The notes: generated by a model not told the origin, from the sequence alone. 62,978 nt of DNA, filler included, from Octopus bimaculoides (GCF_001194135.2; 8 parts of 8 records of this genome joined end to end with filler, not necessarily neighbours in it), one strand, 5' to 3'. Counted from the whole stretch's first letter, positions 24,330-37,962 are shown. Numbers and translations are program-made.

Positions 24330-24600
24330 TTTGTTTTTATCTTCAGTTAGCTGCGTTAATCTGATGGGTTCCTCTATTATCTTGTACAGTCCAATTTTAT
24401 TATTCTTAAACAAGAATGTTGTTGTTAGTGATTTCGAAGTTGTGGTTAGCTAGGCTGTGGCTGAAATGCAAGACATTTGAGTTAGACTCACCTTTGGTAA
24501 GTCTTTCTTGAGTTAAATGATTTTTGAGCTTGTGTGTTCTGAGTAGGGTTGCATTTAGGTTTTTTGGCTGGTTGTTATAGCAATGTGTATTTGACAAATC
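24330..24600 (-). mobile_element. degenerate Penelope-like GIY-YIG endonuclease remnant
   Basis: LNATLLRTH...GESNSNVLHFSHSLANHNFEITNNNILV resembles the region following the GIY-YIG motif in PLEs. Confidence 0.45.
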
Positions 24601-24799
24601 TTAATTCATCGATTAAGTTTGGGGTTATTGCTTAAACCCCAGTCATATATACACATATATACACGTTGGATAAACAAATGAACAGGGTAAACAAATGAAC
24701 ATACAGAATAAAAGACATCATTCATAGCCTTTGTGATCCATGCATATTAGCACTGGCCACGTCCAAACGTATAAATATTAATACAAATGCACACGAATG

Positions 24800-25010
24800 A
24801 AAGCGGTGAGCCGTCAGAATCGTTACAGTAACAGCAAAATGCTAGAAGCATTCCGTCCGTCTGTACGCTCTGAGTTCAAATTCCACCGAGGTCGATATTG
24901 CTGTTCATCCTCTCGGGATCGATCAAATAAGTTCCAGTTGAACATGGGGCGAATGTAATCGACTTCTCTCCAGCCTCCAAATTGCTGGCCATGTGCCAAC
25001 ATTCGAAGTC
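24800..25010 (+). mobile_element. SINE family S2
   Basis: Head, B-box, central domain and GCTGGCCATGTGCCAA tail. Confidence 0.75.
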
Positions 25011-26989
25011 AATATGATTACATACATAAATGGACATCCATAAAAAATTTGTGCACACGCGTCTTTTTATCTAACTATCTATCTGTTAATCTGGATATAT
25101 ATATATATATATATATATANNNNNNNNNNNNNNNNNNNNNNNNNNNNNNNNNNNNNNNNNNNNNNNNNNNNNNNNNNNNNNNNNNNNNNNNNNNNNNNNN
25201 NNNNNNNNNNNNNNNNNNNNNNNNNNNNNNNNNNNNNNNNNNNNNNNNNNNNNNNNNNNNNNNNNNNNNNNNNNNNNNNNNNNNNNNNNNNNNNNNNNNN
25301 NNNNNNNNNNNNNNNNNNNNNNNNNNNNNNNNNNNNNNNNNNNNNNNNNNNNNNNNNNNNNNNNNNNNNNNNNNNNNNNNNNNTATATATATATATATTA
25401 GGCAATTACAATTGAAAATAGGTGTAATAAAGTAATAAAGGAGTAAATGAGATGTGGCAGTTGAAAATACTGAAGCTGCACATATGTGTACTTAAATAAA
25501 TCATGAAAAATATTACTAATTTTGGGAACGTTTAATTATATGTTCTCCAATATATTTTCAGTGTAAATCTGAAACATTTCTCTCATTGACATTCTCAGTA
25601 ACACACCATTCAAAAAATTATTTACAGTATGTTTATTAGATATTTATTTATATGATTACTATCATTGTTTGTTCTCGTCTGTCATATTGATAATTTTATT
25701 TAGAGTATCGAATTTTAATGCCATAGCATAAGATTTTAATCTTGAAGTCGTTCGTAATATGCAGCTTTTAATGTTGCAGTTGGATCTCAGTCTTTTACTG
25801 TTAAAAACAGCACCCTCTTTGAAAGTAAGAGATCACTTGGTGAATTTATAACTCCCACGGGTTGCTGTGAACTCACAATATATCGCTAGGAGACATAGAT
25901 TTTCTTAATTTCAGTATGCATCACAATCTTATCTACATCTATACTTTATTGCAGATGAGATTGTGTTCCTATCTATATACATGCCTACGAGTGTGCGTTT
26001 GAGTGAATATAGCGAACATTTATTGTTTTGTATTCAAATCTTGACAATTTATTTTTTGATTATATCATTTCTAAGGCGTCCGTATACAATAACGATTTTC
26101 ATCTCCCTTAACTGTATTCAGTCTTTTTTGTATATTTTCCCTCTTTCTCAAAACCGTGATAGATACATTTTTTTCGCAACTTGACAACTATCCTTTCTGA
26201 ATTTAAACATTCATTTAGACTAACTGATATAAATGTGCATAAAAATAACTGTCTGTGGAAATATATTTCATTATAACTTCTCTTGACATATACGTATCTT
26301 TCACTGTTTAAATATCACATAGGGATTTATGTGAAATAATTGAACGATTGTGTTGAGATGAAATGCATCACCCAGATGAAATCTAAATCTTATATATATA
26401 TCACATGAATCCTTCTATTCTCTTACAACACAAATGAGCATTATTTAAAAAAAAATAATGGTGTTTTTTAATAGACTTATTAAAATGTCATAGAACACCA
26501 AAGATATTTCTATAACATTCATTTCTATCGGTATGAATTCAACAGCTTGTAGATGTTCTGATATTTTAAAATTATCTAGATAGGCTCACTATGCAAATAA
26601 GACAGTTCATCTGAGATACGCATACATAAATGCGCATAGACAAACGTACCCAACACCCATGCATATTCAAATAAACAGAAATGTATATCTATAAATGTGC
26701 ATGTGATAATGTGGATACGCTCCTTTGGAGTTAAGAAAATTCTCATTACGCAATTCGAGTACGAGAGTAATTATAGAGCAAACTATGTTGGAAAAAATCC
26801 GAACTGAAAGTCACTAATTTTTAAAACTTGAAAAAATAATGCAACGTTCATACATACATATGTCTATTATTTTAGACAATGTATAGATTTATTATGATGT
26901 ATTATGCAGGAGGGGGACGCCGACGTATTTTGACTTACACTCACCCCCAGCAGATAAGATTTCAGCAACGTAAAGATAAATTGTTGTTT

Positions 26990-27608
26990 ATTATTTGCTG
27001 CACACAATTTTAGATCATCCATATACAAGAGATGGCTGATTGTTTTGCCGTAGCAGTTGTATCCTCTTCCAGTTCTGTTTAGCTTGGTAGATAAAGATGT
27101 TAGTGCATAGCAGAATAGAAGAAGATCCAGTGTGTCTCCCTGGAATATTCCTGTTCAAATGGCGTTTGCTTTGACTTTTATGAGTCTGTCTTTTGTCTGG
27201 TGTTGTAGCACTGTCTGCCATTTATTCATGGAATGTGTTATAAATGCTATGATTACTGGTGCTACCTTTTTAATATCGTGTTTCTAGGATCCAAATGTGG
27301 GGAATACTATCAAAAGACTTTCGGAAATCGATTTATGCCATACTTAGGCCATTCATCTTTCTGCAGCTGTCTTCAGTTACGGCCTTATTGATCATTAACT
27401 GATCTTTACAACCGTATGAGCCCTTCTGCTCTACTGGAAACAGGTTATTTTCATCCAGATGCTTACTCATTCTCGGCGATATTATTGCAGTAAAGGTGTT
27501 GTGAATTGAAGGGAGACAGTTTATCGGTCTGGAATATTGTGGGTTCAACGTTTCAGTGGATTTAGGAATTAGGATAATTTTTTCTTGCATGAGACATTTC
27601 AAGCAACG
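26990..27608 (-). mobile_element. R4/Dong-type reverse transcriptase core fragment
   Basis: IILIPKS...RPINCLPS...EQKG..GCKDQLMINKAV...IDFRKSFDSIPH...HLLYMDDLKL, with frameshifts. (TAA)n lies upstream on the coding strand. Confidence 0.88.
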
Positions 27609-27641
27609 TTCCTATAGTAGAAAGGATTATTATTATTTACT

Positions 27642-27731
<90 letters not shown>

Positions 27732-27760
27732 TAGTTTTATTTTTATAACGTGCTTTCACT

Positions 27761-27860
27761 NNNNNNNNNNNNNNNNNNNNNNNNNNNNNNNNNNNNNNNN
27801 NNNNTTAATTAATTAANNNNNNNNNNNNNNNNNNNNNNNNNNNNNNNNNNNNNNNNNNNN
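27761..27860. other. artificial 100-nt joining spacer
   Basis: 44 N + TTAATTAATTAA + 44 N. Confidence 0.95.
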
Positions 27861-28043
27861 TATATATATATATATATATATTCCTGTTTCGTAAAGTGTG
27901 TGAGTGTATGTATGTATGTATATAAATGCATAGTTTTTTTTCTTTCTCGATTTATAATGAAGACAATTTTGTATTAAATTGAACTGAAGGATTGGTGAAT
28001 ACTTTCTACAGAGAACGTATAGAAGTTTTACAAAAATATTCGT

Positions 28044-28090
28044 GACGTGGATTTCGAAGTTTCGGTGTACATAGCCTTCATCAGAATGTC
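28044..28090 (-). ncRNA. degenerate hammerhead-like motif (PLE LTR type)
   Basis: Minus strand reads GACATT-CTGATGA-A-GG..CC-GAAA-C-TTCGAA-A-TC-CACGTC, with palindromic TTCGAA in stem III. Confidence 0.45.
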
Positions 28091-28586
28091 CAGTGGATGC
28101 TAAGTAGAACGAAACGAACATATATTCTTTGACACACGTTCCCATACAAGCTTATAAATGTATTTATATATACGCATATAAATTTTCTAGTAAGCCCACA
28201 CCACAATGCGTTTGGGGCCTGAAAAAACGTCGTAAAGCCAAGCGCTTTGTAGACGTGAAACCCTGGGCAACCCTATAGACCCGCCGTATCTATCTTTATC
28301 TACATATCCTCTGTTCTATATAGGTTAGAGGGGTTCTTCTTCGGATTTTGATTTACTGACGATACGTACATATATTGTCACTGAGTAAAGAGACATGAGA
28401 GTGGAAACGAAGGAGAATTTTGACGAAAAGATATGGCGACAGCGTTACTGACCTCGGTGACTGTTGAGTGATAGCTTGTGTCTGTGTAGGGGAGGGGAGT
28501 AGTATTTATAGTAGTAGTAGTAGTAGTAGTTTTAGTAGTAGTAGTAGTGGTAGTTGATGTAGAGATGGTGGTGGTGGATACATAAC

Positions 28587-28620
<34 letters not shown>

Positions 28621-29659
28621 TNNNNNNNNNNNNNNNNNNNNNNNNNNNNNNNNNNNNNNNNNNNNNNNNNNNNNNNNNNNNNNNNNNNNNNNNNNNNNNN
28701 NNNNNNNNNNNNNNNNNNNNNNNNNNNNNNNNNNNNNNNNNNNNNNNNNNNNNNNNNNNNNNNNNNNNNNNNNNNNNNNNNNNNNNNNNNNNNNNNNNNN
28801 NNNNNNNNNNNNNNNNNNNNNNNNNNNNNNNNNNNNNNNNNNNNNNNNNNNNNNNNNNNNNNNNNNNNNNNNNNNNNNNNNNNNNNCATATCCTCCGACG
28901 CTACTCTATCTCTTTCTCTTTCCTTCCCCCCCTCGTTCTTCCTCTGTACTACTACGTATCTCGCTTTACCCCTCTCGTTCTTCCTCTGTTACTACTACGT
29001 ATCTCTTTTCGCCCTCGTTTTTCCTCTCTTTCTCTTTTCCTCTCGTTGCTCACCTATTCTTCTACTTCCTCCCTCTGTTTCTCTCTCTTCCCTTTACACC
29101 GGCATGGTCACATGCTTCCGGTCAGTGGTCCTTTCCTTCCTTGGCTTTCGCCAAGCAACGCACGCACCACTTTGTCCCTCTCGGGTCCGTGCCTCATCGC
29201 GTTCTTACACACATAATTTTTCTCGTCTGGCCGTAAAGCCTTTTCCGTTTGTTTTCCTGTCTTGTTTTTTGTCCGCCACTACATTCCTCTATGNNNNNNN
29301 NNNNNNNNNNNNNNNNNNNNNNNNNNNNNNNNNNNNNNNNNNNNNNNNNNNNNNNNNNNNNNNNNNNNNNNNNNNNNNNNNNNNNNNNNNNNNNNNNNNN
29401 NNNNNNNNNNNNNNNNNNNNNNNNNNNNNNNNNNNNNNNNNNNNNNNNNNNNNNNNNNNNNNNNNNNNNNNNNNNNNNNNNNNNNNNNNNNNNNNNNNNN
29501 NNNNNNNNNNNNNNNNNNNNNNNNNNNNNNNNNNNNNNNNNNNNNNNNNNNNNNNNNNNNNNNNNNNNNNNNNNNNNNNNNNNNNNNNNNNNNNNNNNNN
29601 NNNNNNNNNNNNNNNNNNNNNNNNNNNNNNNNNNNNNNNNNNNNNNNNNNNNNNNNNNN

Positions 29660-29693
<34 letters not shown>

Positions 29694-30050
29694 TATATAT
29701 ATGCATGTATGTAGAGAGAGAGAGAGAGATGAATAGTTGTATAGGTAATATACACATAATACAAAAGCGAAGCAAATAACTATTGGCGTACGTGTATGTG
29801 TGTATGTGTGGGTGTGTATTTACAACTTCTAGTTGTCGTAGTGGATAAATACGAATAACGATTTGTCGCCAGGGCAGAGGTTACGGGACATTGCACAATA
29901 AATGTGTGTGTGCGTGTGTTCCTGTGTGTGTTAATTCTCCACCTTGGAAAATCTTGTAAAACAGATACTGAAACTATTGATGTATGTCTGTGTGTGTGTA
30001 TGTATGCGCATATATTCATAAATAGGAGCACATATACATGGTTTATGTAC

Positions 30051-30096
<46 letters not shown>

Positions 30097-30722
30097 AATG
30101 CATATATATATACATGTATATATATATATATGCGTATGTATGTGTATAAATATTAATATATACGTATATGTAGATATATACAATATCTATACGTGTAAAT
30201 GTATGTATATAGACATATGTATATATATATATATACATATATATACATATTCATATACCTTGTTTTTGTGCTTGTGTATTTGTGTGTATGTATGTGTGTG
30301 TATTATATGCTAAAGGAGGGAAAAGAAAAAAGGGGTTGATGGGAAACTGAAGGACAAAGAGGAATAATTTGTGGTAGGAGGAAAAAAACAGGTTACAAGG
30401 GAGAAGGGAGATAGGGTGATAGAAAGAGGTAGAGGAAACATAAGGATAGTGTGTGTGTGTGTGGTGGTAGAAAAACAATCTAAGAAATAAAGTGATATAT
30501 GCAAAAGAAGAAAGTAAAAGAGAGAGAAGGCTGTGAAAGAGGGAGAGATAGATAATGTGTGTGTGTGTATGAGAGGGAGAGAGAGAGAGAGAAGGTTTGT
30601 AAGAAACGAAATATGATCAGCTGGTTACATAGGCACCGCAATGTATCGAGTGTGTGTATGTGTGGGTGTGTACGTACGCTTGTGTGTATGTATGTATGTA
30701 TGTGTGCGTGCGTGTGTGTGTG

Positions 30723-30753
<31 letters not shown>

Positions 30754-31020
30754 CATTTTATACATACGTATATATAAACTTGCGTGAACACGGATATATA
30801 TATATGTACCAAGTATATCCATATACACACATCCAATATTTATATAGTAAGTATTATGACTATAATATCTGTCTGTCTCTCTCTCTCTACACACACTCAC
30901 GCACACATATACACATGTATACACGCACAAAATTCCACGCGCGCACATATGCGTGTAAAGCATATGCGACGTACGCATTACGATACATACAGATACATAA
31001 TATATTCGTAACAAACACAC

Positions 31021-31056
<36 letters not shown>

Positions 31057-31943
31057 CACACACATATACAAACAGCCACTGAAATAGATTCGCACACAGG
31101 AAGGCACAGAAACGGTATACATACATATACATCCACATTGTAGCGTACGTTTATTTGTAAGTAGGTGACTGTGTTTGCAAGTGCCCGCGCGCGCGCGCGC
31201 GTGTGTGTGTGTACGTAACGGACATGTGTATGCGTACACGTGTGCCTATGGGTGTGCGCATTGGAGCGCGCGTGCGCGTGTTTCTCATGACGTCACACGA
31301 AACTGCGTTATGAATGAAAAATCCCCAGCAAGTGAACTCTGAATGAACCCAGCATTGTAAGCACCCCACTCCCTGATCCCATCGCACCTACTTCCCCCTC
31401 CTTTACTATGCAACTTGCCTTCCTCCCCTTCCTACCCATTTACTCGCTCACGCACACACGCACACACGCACACACACGCAGACACCCACTCTCACACAAA
31501 CGCATACATACGCAAACATGTAACTGTAACCCTCCCCTCTCCAAGTACTGCCTCAGCAGCAGCAGCAGAAGTTGTAGCTCTGTTCCTCCTCCTCCTCCTT
31601 CCGCTACCATCTCTTCTTCAACAGAGTTGTGCGTTGTTAAGATCCTACTCCCTCCTCCCGCTACCATCTCTTCTTCAACAGAGTCGTGCGTTGTTAAGAT
31701 CCTACCCCTCCTCCCTACTCTACAGTTAATTTAATCCCCTCCTCATGTCTCTCTCTCTCACCACACATGTTACGCGCGCGCATGTACATATATGTATATA
31801 CATGCGTGTATGATATATATGTGTGTATGCATGTTTATGTGCGCATATGTGTATATTTATGTATATACATATATATAAATATATATAGTGTTTACATATA
31901 CATACATATATATATATACATATATATATACATACATATATAT

Positions 31944-32007
<64 letters not shown>

Positions 32008-32711
32008 TCCGTTTGTTTATTTAATCCTGAAAATATTTATGTAACGCATGCATTCATTAATCTTTTTTACCTATATATACATATATATATATACGGCATG
32101 GAAATTCGTTTATTGTAATCGCCCATGCTAATCAGCCCGTTAGGATTTCGAAGTTGTCGGTCCTGAACGCTTCACATTTAGCCTAAAGTTCTATCTTAAT
32201 CCTGTTGTGTTCATTATAATCCTTTATCTTTTACTTGCATATCTGTTTCTATTATTGTCCCTCACCACTGCTTGACGACCGGTGTTGGTCTGTTTACGTC
32301 CGTGTGACGTAGCGGTTTCTGCAAAACAGCTCGATAGAAGAAGTACCAGGCTTTTTGAAAAGAAAGAAGTCCTGTGGGGTCGATTTCTTCAATACGGTTG
32401 CCCCAGCATGGCCGCAGTGAAATGACTGAAACAAGTAAAAATAAATAAGTAAGCCATTATCTTCTTGTAACTAAAGCTTTACAGCAAGGTGATCACATTA
32501 AGCGGTTTATTTAAGCAGCTTTTTTATTTCGATTTCTTTGACGAGTCTTTTTTTTTTTTTTTACAATAATCATCTGATAACATTATGGAGTAGATATAAC
32601 AATATATATATATGCTATAAACTTGTTTGGTTTCACATCAACGAACGTTTGATAACATTATCTGCATATTATATAGTATTTCAAATGCATGCACGTATGT
32701 AGGTAAGAATG

Positions 32712-32763
<52 letters not shown>

Positions 32764-32997
32764 CATATGCATATATATACTTTATATACACACACGCGCA
32801 CACAAATGTACACATGCTGCAGNNNNNNNNNNTATATTATACATATATATACATATATATATATATATATACATATGCATATATATACTTTATATACACA
32901 CACGCGCACACAAATGTACACATGCTGCAGGCGTTGTTGCAAACAGCTTTCATGCGGCGTCCACTTTATTAAGATATAAATATAATTTGTGTGCCTG

Positions 32998-33034
<37 letters not shown>

Positions 33035-33212
33035 CTGTCTGTGTTTGTATGTGCGTGTGTGTGTGTGTGTGTGTGTATACACAAGTACGCGTGCATAGGC
33101 ACACGCACACACAGACATATATGGGATAGGATGACTCTTTCTGTATAATAAGCCTGAGGCCGAATAAAAACCTTGTCAGTGCATTTAATAATGAGAACTG
33201 AAGGAAACCCAT

Positions 33213-33243
<31 letters not shown>

Positions 33244-33414
33244 ATACACACGCACGCGCGGAAACATATATATCAACAGAGAAAGAGAGAAATATAGTGA
33301 GAGACAGGCTTCTTTCAGTTTTCGTCCACCTGATCCACTCACAAGGCTTTATATATGCATGTATATATATATGTATATATATATATATATGCATTTATGT
33401 ATGTATATGTATAA

Positions 33415-33487
<73 letters not shown>

Positions 33488-33781
33488 AATCAAAATAAGC
33501 AACACGGATTTCAAAGATGATTGCAGTACGCACGTTTCATGCTACTCCATTTATTTAAGTAATGCGAGCATTANNNNNNNNNNNNNNNNNNNNNNNNNNN
33601 NNNNNNNNNNNNNNNNNNNNNNNNNNNNNNNNNNNNNNNNNNNNNNNNNNNNNNNNNNNNNNNNNNNNNNNNNNNNNNNNNNNNNNNNNNNNNNNNNNNN
33701 NNNNNNNNNNNNNNNNNNNNNNNNNNNNNNNNNNNNNNNNNNNNNNNNNNNNNNNNNNNNNNNNNNNNNNNNNNNNNNNNN

Positions 33782-33843
<62 letters not shown>

Positions 33844-35113
33844 CATGTATATATTACTGTAATATTAACGCCAACTAGCGTTTAGGTTACTTAAAATATG
33901 TTTGTGACATATTTTAGTGCCATAATATCTGACATATTTCCAAGTCTGGAAATCCTGACAGGAGGCGACACTGGACAGATTTGGTGTTTTTACTCATTTC
34001 TACCATAAGAGAGATTTCTCTCTACGGTAAGTGCAGTGAATTTGCCTTTAGCAGTTGAAATATGCCACAAGCATAGTTTAACTAAGCTAAAAAGATCGCT
34101 TATGCCCATACACTTCTTGGTAATTCCAGAACTTCAGCGGTCTACTGGCGTAAATCAGTTGTTGATTGTATTTTAGTCAAAGCTATTGCATTAATAAGGT
34201 CTGTCCAGAGTTGCCTCTCTTAGATATTTCCCATTGATAACAACCAAAGTGCTAGAAACATCGATGTCTGGGAATCCTGACAGGAGGCTACACTGGTCCA
34301 ATATGGTATTTTTACACGTTTTTTTTTTTTTTACCGTAAGAGGAATTGTTCTCTAGGGTAACTGCTGTGGATTTGCCTTTTAGCCGTTGAAATTCCATGT
34401 ACTCGTACTTCGTATTTTCTTAGTTGTACACGTTTCATGACGTCCTGTGTCCACATATGCATATATATATAAGTAAAAATGTATGTATATATGCATATAT
34501 ATTATTTATATTATATATATATATATATATATGTGTATGTATAAATTTCAAGAATGAAGGTGTTTGTATTAATATATTTATTACATTTATTTCCATATTA
34601 TAAGCATATTCACACACACATGCACACACACACACACACACACACATAAAATCATACATATGGATTTATACATAACTGTATCTCCCTTCTTTCACCCTCT
34701 CTCCCCCTTCCTTTCTGTCTCCCACTTCCCCTCTTTCCTCTACACACACACACACACACACACTCTCTATATATCTCTATATCACCTGTTCCATATACGC
34801 GCTTCCAAAGCCGTATATGACACATCAGACGTCTCTGGATCTGGGACAAAAATCTCCATGCAGCGACTCACGTGGAGCCAAGTCTTGAATATATCTTCAT
34901 TTTGGTTTACATCCGCAAGACTATGATGTGAGGAATCTCTGACTCCAGCCCCGCCCTCCACTCCTTCAGCTTTTGTTGTTCCCTGACTTCGCATTGTGTT
35001 TGTGTGTCTGCTAATAAACATGAACGACTACCTGCCTGAAGCGACATTGCTTTATGTATATAAGTGTGTGTGTATACATTTGTTGATATATGTATGATGT
35101 ATGTATATATGTA

Positions 35114-35175
<62 letters not shown>

Positions 35176-35275
35176 NNNNNNNNNNNNNNNNNNNNNNNNN
35201 NNNNNNNNNNNNNNNNNNNTTAATTAATTAANNNNNNNNNNNNNNNNNNNNNNNNNNNNNNNNNNNNNNNNNNNN
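35176..35275. other. artificial 100-nt joining spacer
   Basis: 44 N + TTAATTAATTAA + 44 N. Confidence 0.95.
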
Positions 35276-35289
35276 TAATAATAATAATA

Positions 35290-35615
35290 ATGGAAAAACT
35301 TTCAAAATACAAAGACCTGGAAATAGAGGTAACTCGAATGTGGAATCTAAAAACAGAAACAATTCCTATCATAGTCGGTGCCTTAGGTATAATAGAAAAA
35401 TATTCAGACAAATACATAACAAAAACACCAGGACTTACAAATATATATAACATACAGAAAATTGCACTACTGGGCACTGCACACATCCTACGCAAAACAC
35501 TTTCAATACAGTAACCATTAGAGCATCACAGCAAACCACAGCATATACCCAAGGCGCACAGAGCTGCGCTCGGTAGTGAAGTTATAAGCACGTTATAAAA
35601 ATAAAACTACTGAAC
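35290..35615 (+). mobile_element. R4/Dong-type 3' end with 3' UTR within (TAA)n
   Basis: EKLSKYKDLEIEVTRMWNLKTETIPIIVGALG...IQKIALLGTAHILRKTLSIQ*, then about 100 nt of UTR and (TAA)n. Confidence 0.88.
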
Positions 35616-35634
35616 AATAATAATAATAATAATC

Positions 35635-35852
35635 CTTTCTACTATAGGCACAAGGCCTGATAATGTGGAAGAGGCGACAAATCGATTACATTGACCCAGT
35701 ACTTTACTGTTATTTATCTCATTGACACCGAATGGATGAAAGGCAGATGAAAATAGATCTCGGCGGAGTTTGAGCAAAGAACGTAAAAACGGACGAAATG
35801 CCACTAAGCATTTTGTCCGGGGCACTAACTGTTCCACCAGTTCATCGCCTTA
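35635..35852 (-). mobile_element. SINE family S2
   Basis: Starts at AATCCTTTCTACTATAGG (the S2 tail on the minus strand) directly after (TAA)n. Confidence 0.75.
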
Positions 35853-37265
35853 AGCTTATCTAATGATCAAAGCGCTACAACCATGGCCATCGTATATTTT
35901 ATCTATGAGCAACTGTCTTCTAGTATAGGCCCGAGCCGATCAGTTCCTTGGGAGTGAATTGTAAGCGGAAGCTGTGTGGAAACTCGTTGTCTCTCTCTTT
36001 CTCTCTCTCTCTATCTTTATATATATATGTGTGTGTGCGTGTGTGTGTTTGTTTGTATGTGTGCGTGTGTTTGCGTTTGTGTTTGACCCCACCACTGCTT
36101 AGCACCGGTGAACATTTATCTAGTTATGATCATCTATGTACGATACATACCCATGACTCCACAAGACTCGCCTTCTTTTGTTTTTGTTTTTTGGTTGCTC
36201 TTTGTAACAAGTCGAGCGACCGCGTAGATGCGTCTTCGTTGGTTCGTTAATCAACGTCAAGGACAGTAGTGGTCAACGTGAAGGACAGTAGTGGTCAACT
36301 TTAAGAACAATGGTTAACGTTAAGGGAAGTGGTCACTACTGAGTATTTAAGTTACGTGCACATAAACAAACCTACAAATGTTGTCAAGCTATGAAGGTCA
36401 AACACAACGACACACACACACACACACACACATGACAGGCTTCTACACAGTTTCCGTCTACCTAATTCACTCGCAAGGCATTAGCTAACTTGGGGCTATA
36501 ATAGAGGACACTCGCCCAAAGTGCAATGCAGTGGAACTAAAGCCGAAACCACTTGGCTGCAAAGCGATATATTTTTTTCTATTGTAGATCTTTTAACTTT
36601 TGATCTTCAGCGCATCACATAAAGTCAAAAAAGGTGGAGAGCTTCTAACTTCTTCCTGTAGGTGCAAGCATGGTTGTGAGACTGAGAATCTTCCTTCGTA
36701 ACAAAATGGATAAAAAAGACGAAGGATTATTTTGTTCTGCTGTAGAAGGCTTGTCATCTCTACAGGAGATGTGAGTTCGAGTCCCACGGGAAGCCATCGA
36801 CTTTTTCTCTATCTGAAAGTGTTTTTCAATCTAATATCTACATACTGTTATTTCTAGCTTTAAGTGCTTCGAGATCCATTATTCCTTTAAAAAATGCATA
36901 AATAATATAGAAGACGTTATATGTAGCGCAGAGAGATACAAGCTAACTCTTAGACACAATTCACTATTTCGTACACAATGAAAGACATTAGATTCCTTGG
37001 GAGTACTTCTTCCTGTGTTTATGATTTAAGTATAGTTATGGCATTGTATTCTTCAGCAAGTCATTCCATTATAGCTAATGTAGGTAGAAACAAAACCCCA
37101 AAAAAGCAAGTTCATAACAGACGGTGATTTAACAGTGAAGTGAATCAATTATAGATTAAGATCAATGTTTAAATGAGAGGAATTGATAGGAATCGTCGAT
37201 AAGCACCGATATCCATGAATTAGATGTTGTCGTTGTTGCTGCTGTCATTGTTGTATAAATGTTGC

Positions 37266-37735
37266 TGAGGTGGTGGTGGTGGTGGTGGTTATGCTAGTAT
37301 TAGTAGCATTAATGGTAGTGATAGTAGTAGTCATGGTGGTGGTTGTGTTAATAGTAGTATTAATGGTATTGGTGGTGGTGGAGGTAGTAGTAGTAGTCAT
37401 GGTGGTGGTGGTGGTGGTAGTAGTAGTGGTAGTGGTGGTGGTGGTTGTGTTAATAATAGTAGTATTAATGGTATTGGTGGTGGTGGTAGTGGTCATGGTG
37501 GTGGTGGTAGTGGTGGTAGTAGTAGAAGTAGTGGTGGTGGTGGCTGTGTTAATAATAGCAGTATTAATGGTTTTGGTGGTGGTGGTGGTGGTAGTGGTAG
37601 ATGTAAAAGTAGTGGTAGCAGTAATGATAGTGGTGGCGATGGTGGAGGTTGTGTTAGCAGTCGTAGTATTGATATGGGAGGGGGTGATGGTGGAGATGGA
37701 GGTGGTAGTAGTAGCTGTTCTTGCTGCTGCTGTTG
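37266..37735. repeat. compound (GTG)n/(GTA)n microsatellite with internal higher-order duplication
   Basis: The block GTGTTAATA(ATA)GTAGTATTAATGGTATTGGTGG recurs three times. Produces spurious poly-Val and poly-Thr ORFs. Confidence 0.9.
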
Positions 37736-37776
37736 TCTGTCCCCAACTCACTTCTTTGATAGACTTTCCAACCGGC

Positions 37777-37962
37777 TTTTTCCTTCCCCACTTTCTTTCC
37801 TTTTTCTTTTTCCTTCCCCACTTTCTTTCTTTTTTCTTTTTCCTTCCCCACTTTCTTTCTTTTTTCTTTTTCTTTCCCCACTTTCTTTCTTTTTTCTTTT
37901 TCCTTCCTCACTTTCTTTCTTTTTTATTTTTCCTTCCTCACTTTCTTTCTTTTTTCTTTTTC
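37777..37962. repeat. 30-bp polypyrimidine minisatellite, about 6 units
   Basis: Unit TTTTCCTTCCCCACTTTCTTTCTTTTTTCT. Confidence 0.92.

Noticed and set aside
28380-28500. Possible first exon or promoter (AAGATATGGCG, MATALLTS)
   Set aside because: The frame closes after 12 codons, the donor is weak, and a single YY1-like motif is insufficient.
32740-32930. Duplicated microsatellite-rich block around a 10-N gap
   Set aside because: Same unmerged-overlap artefact.
34782-35021. Exon-like minus-strand ORF ending WNR|GTGATA
   Set aside because: The plus strand (KAVYDTS..SGS..VLNISS) weakly resembles a decayed RTE LINE segment; neither reading is supportable.
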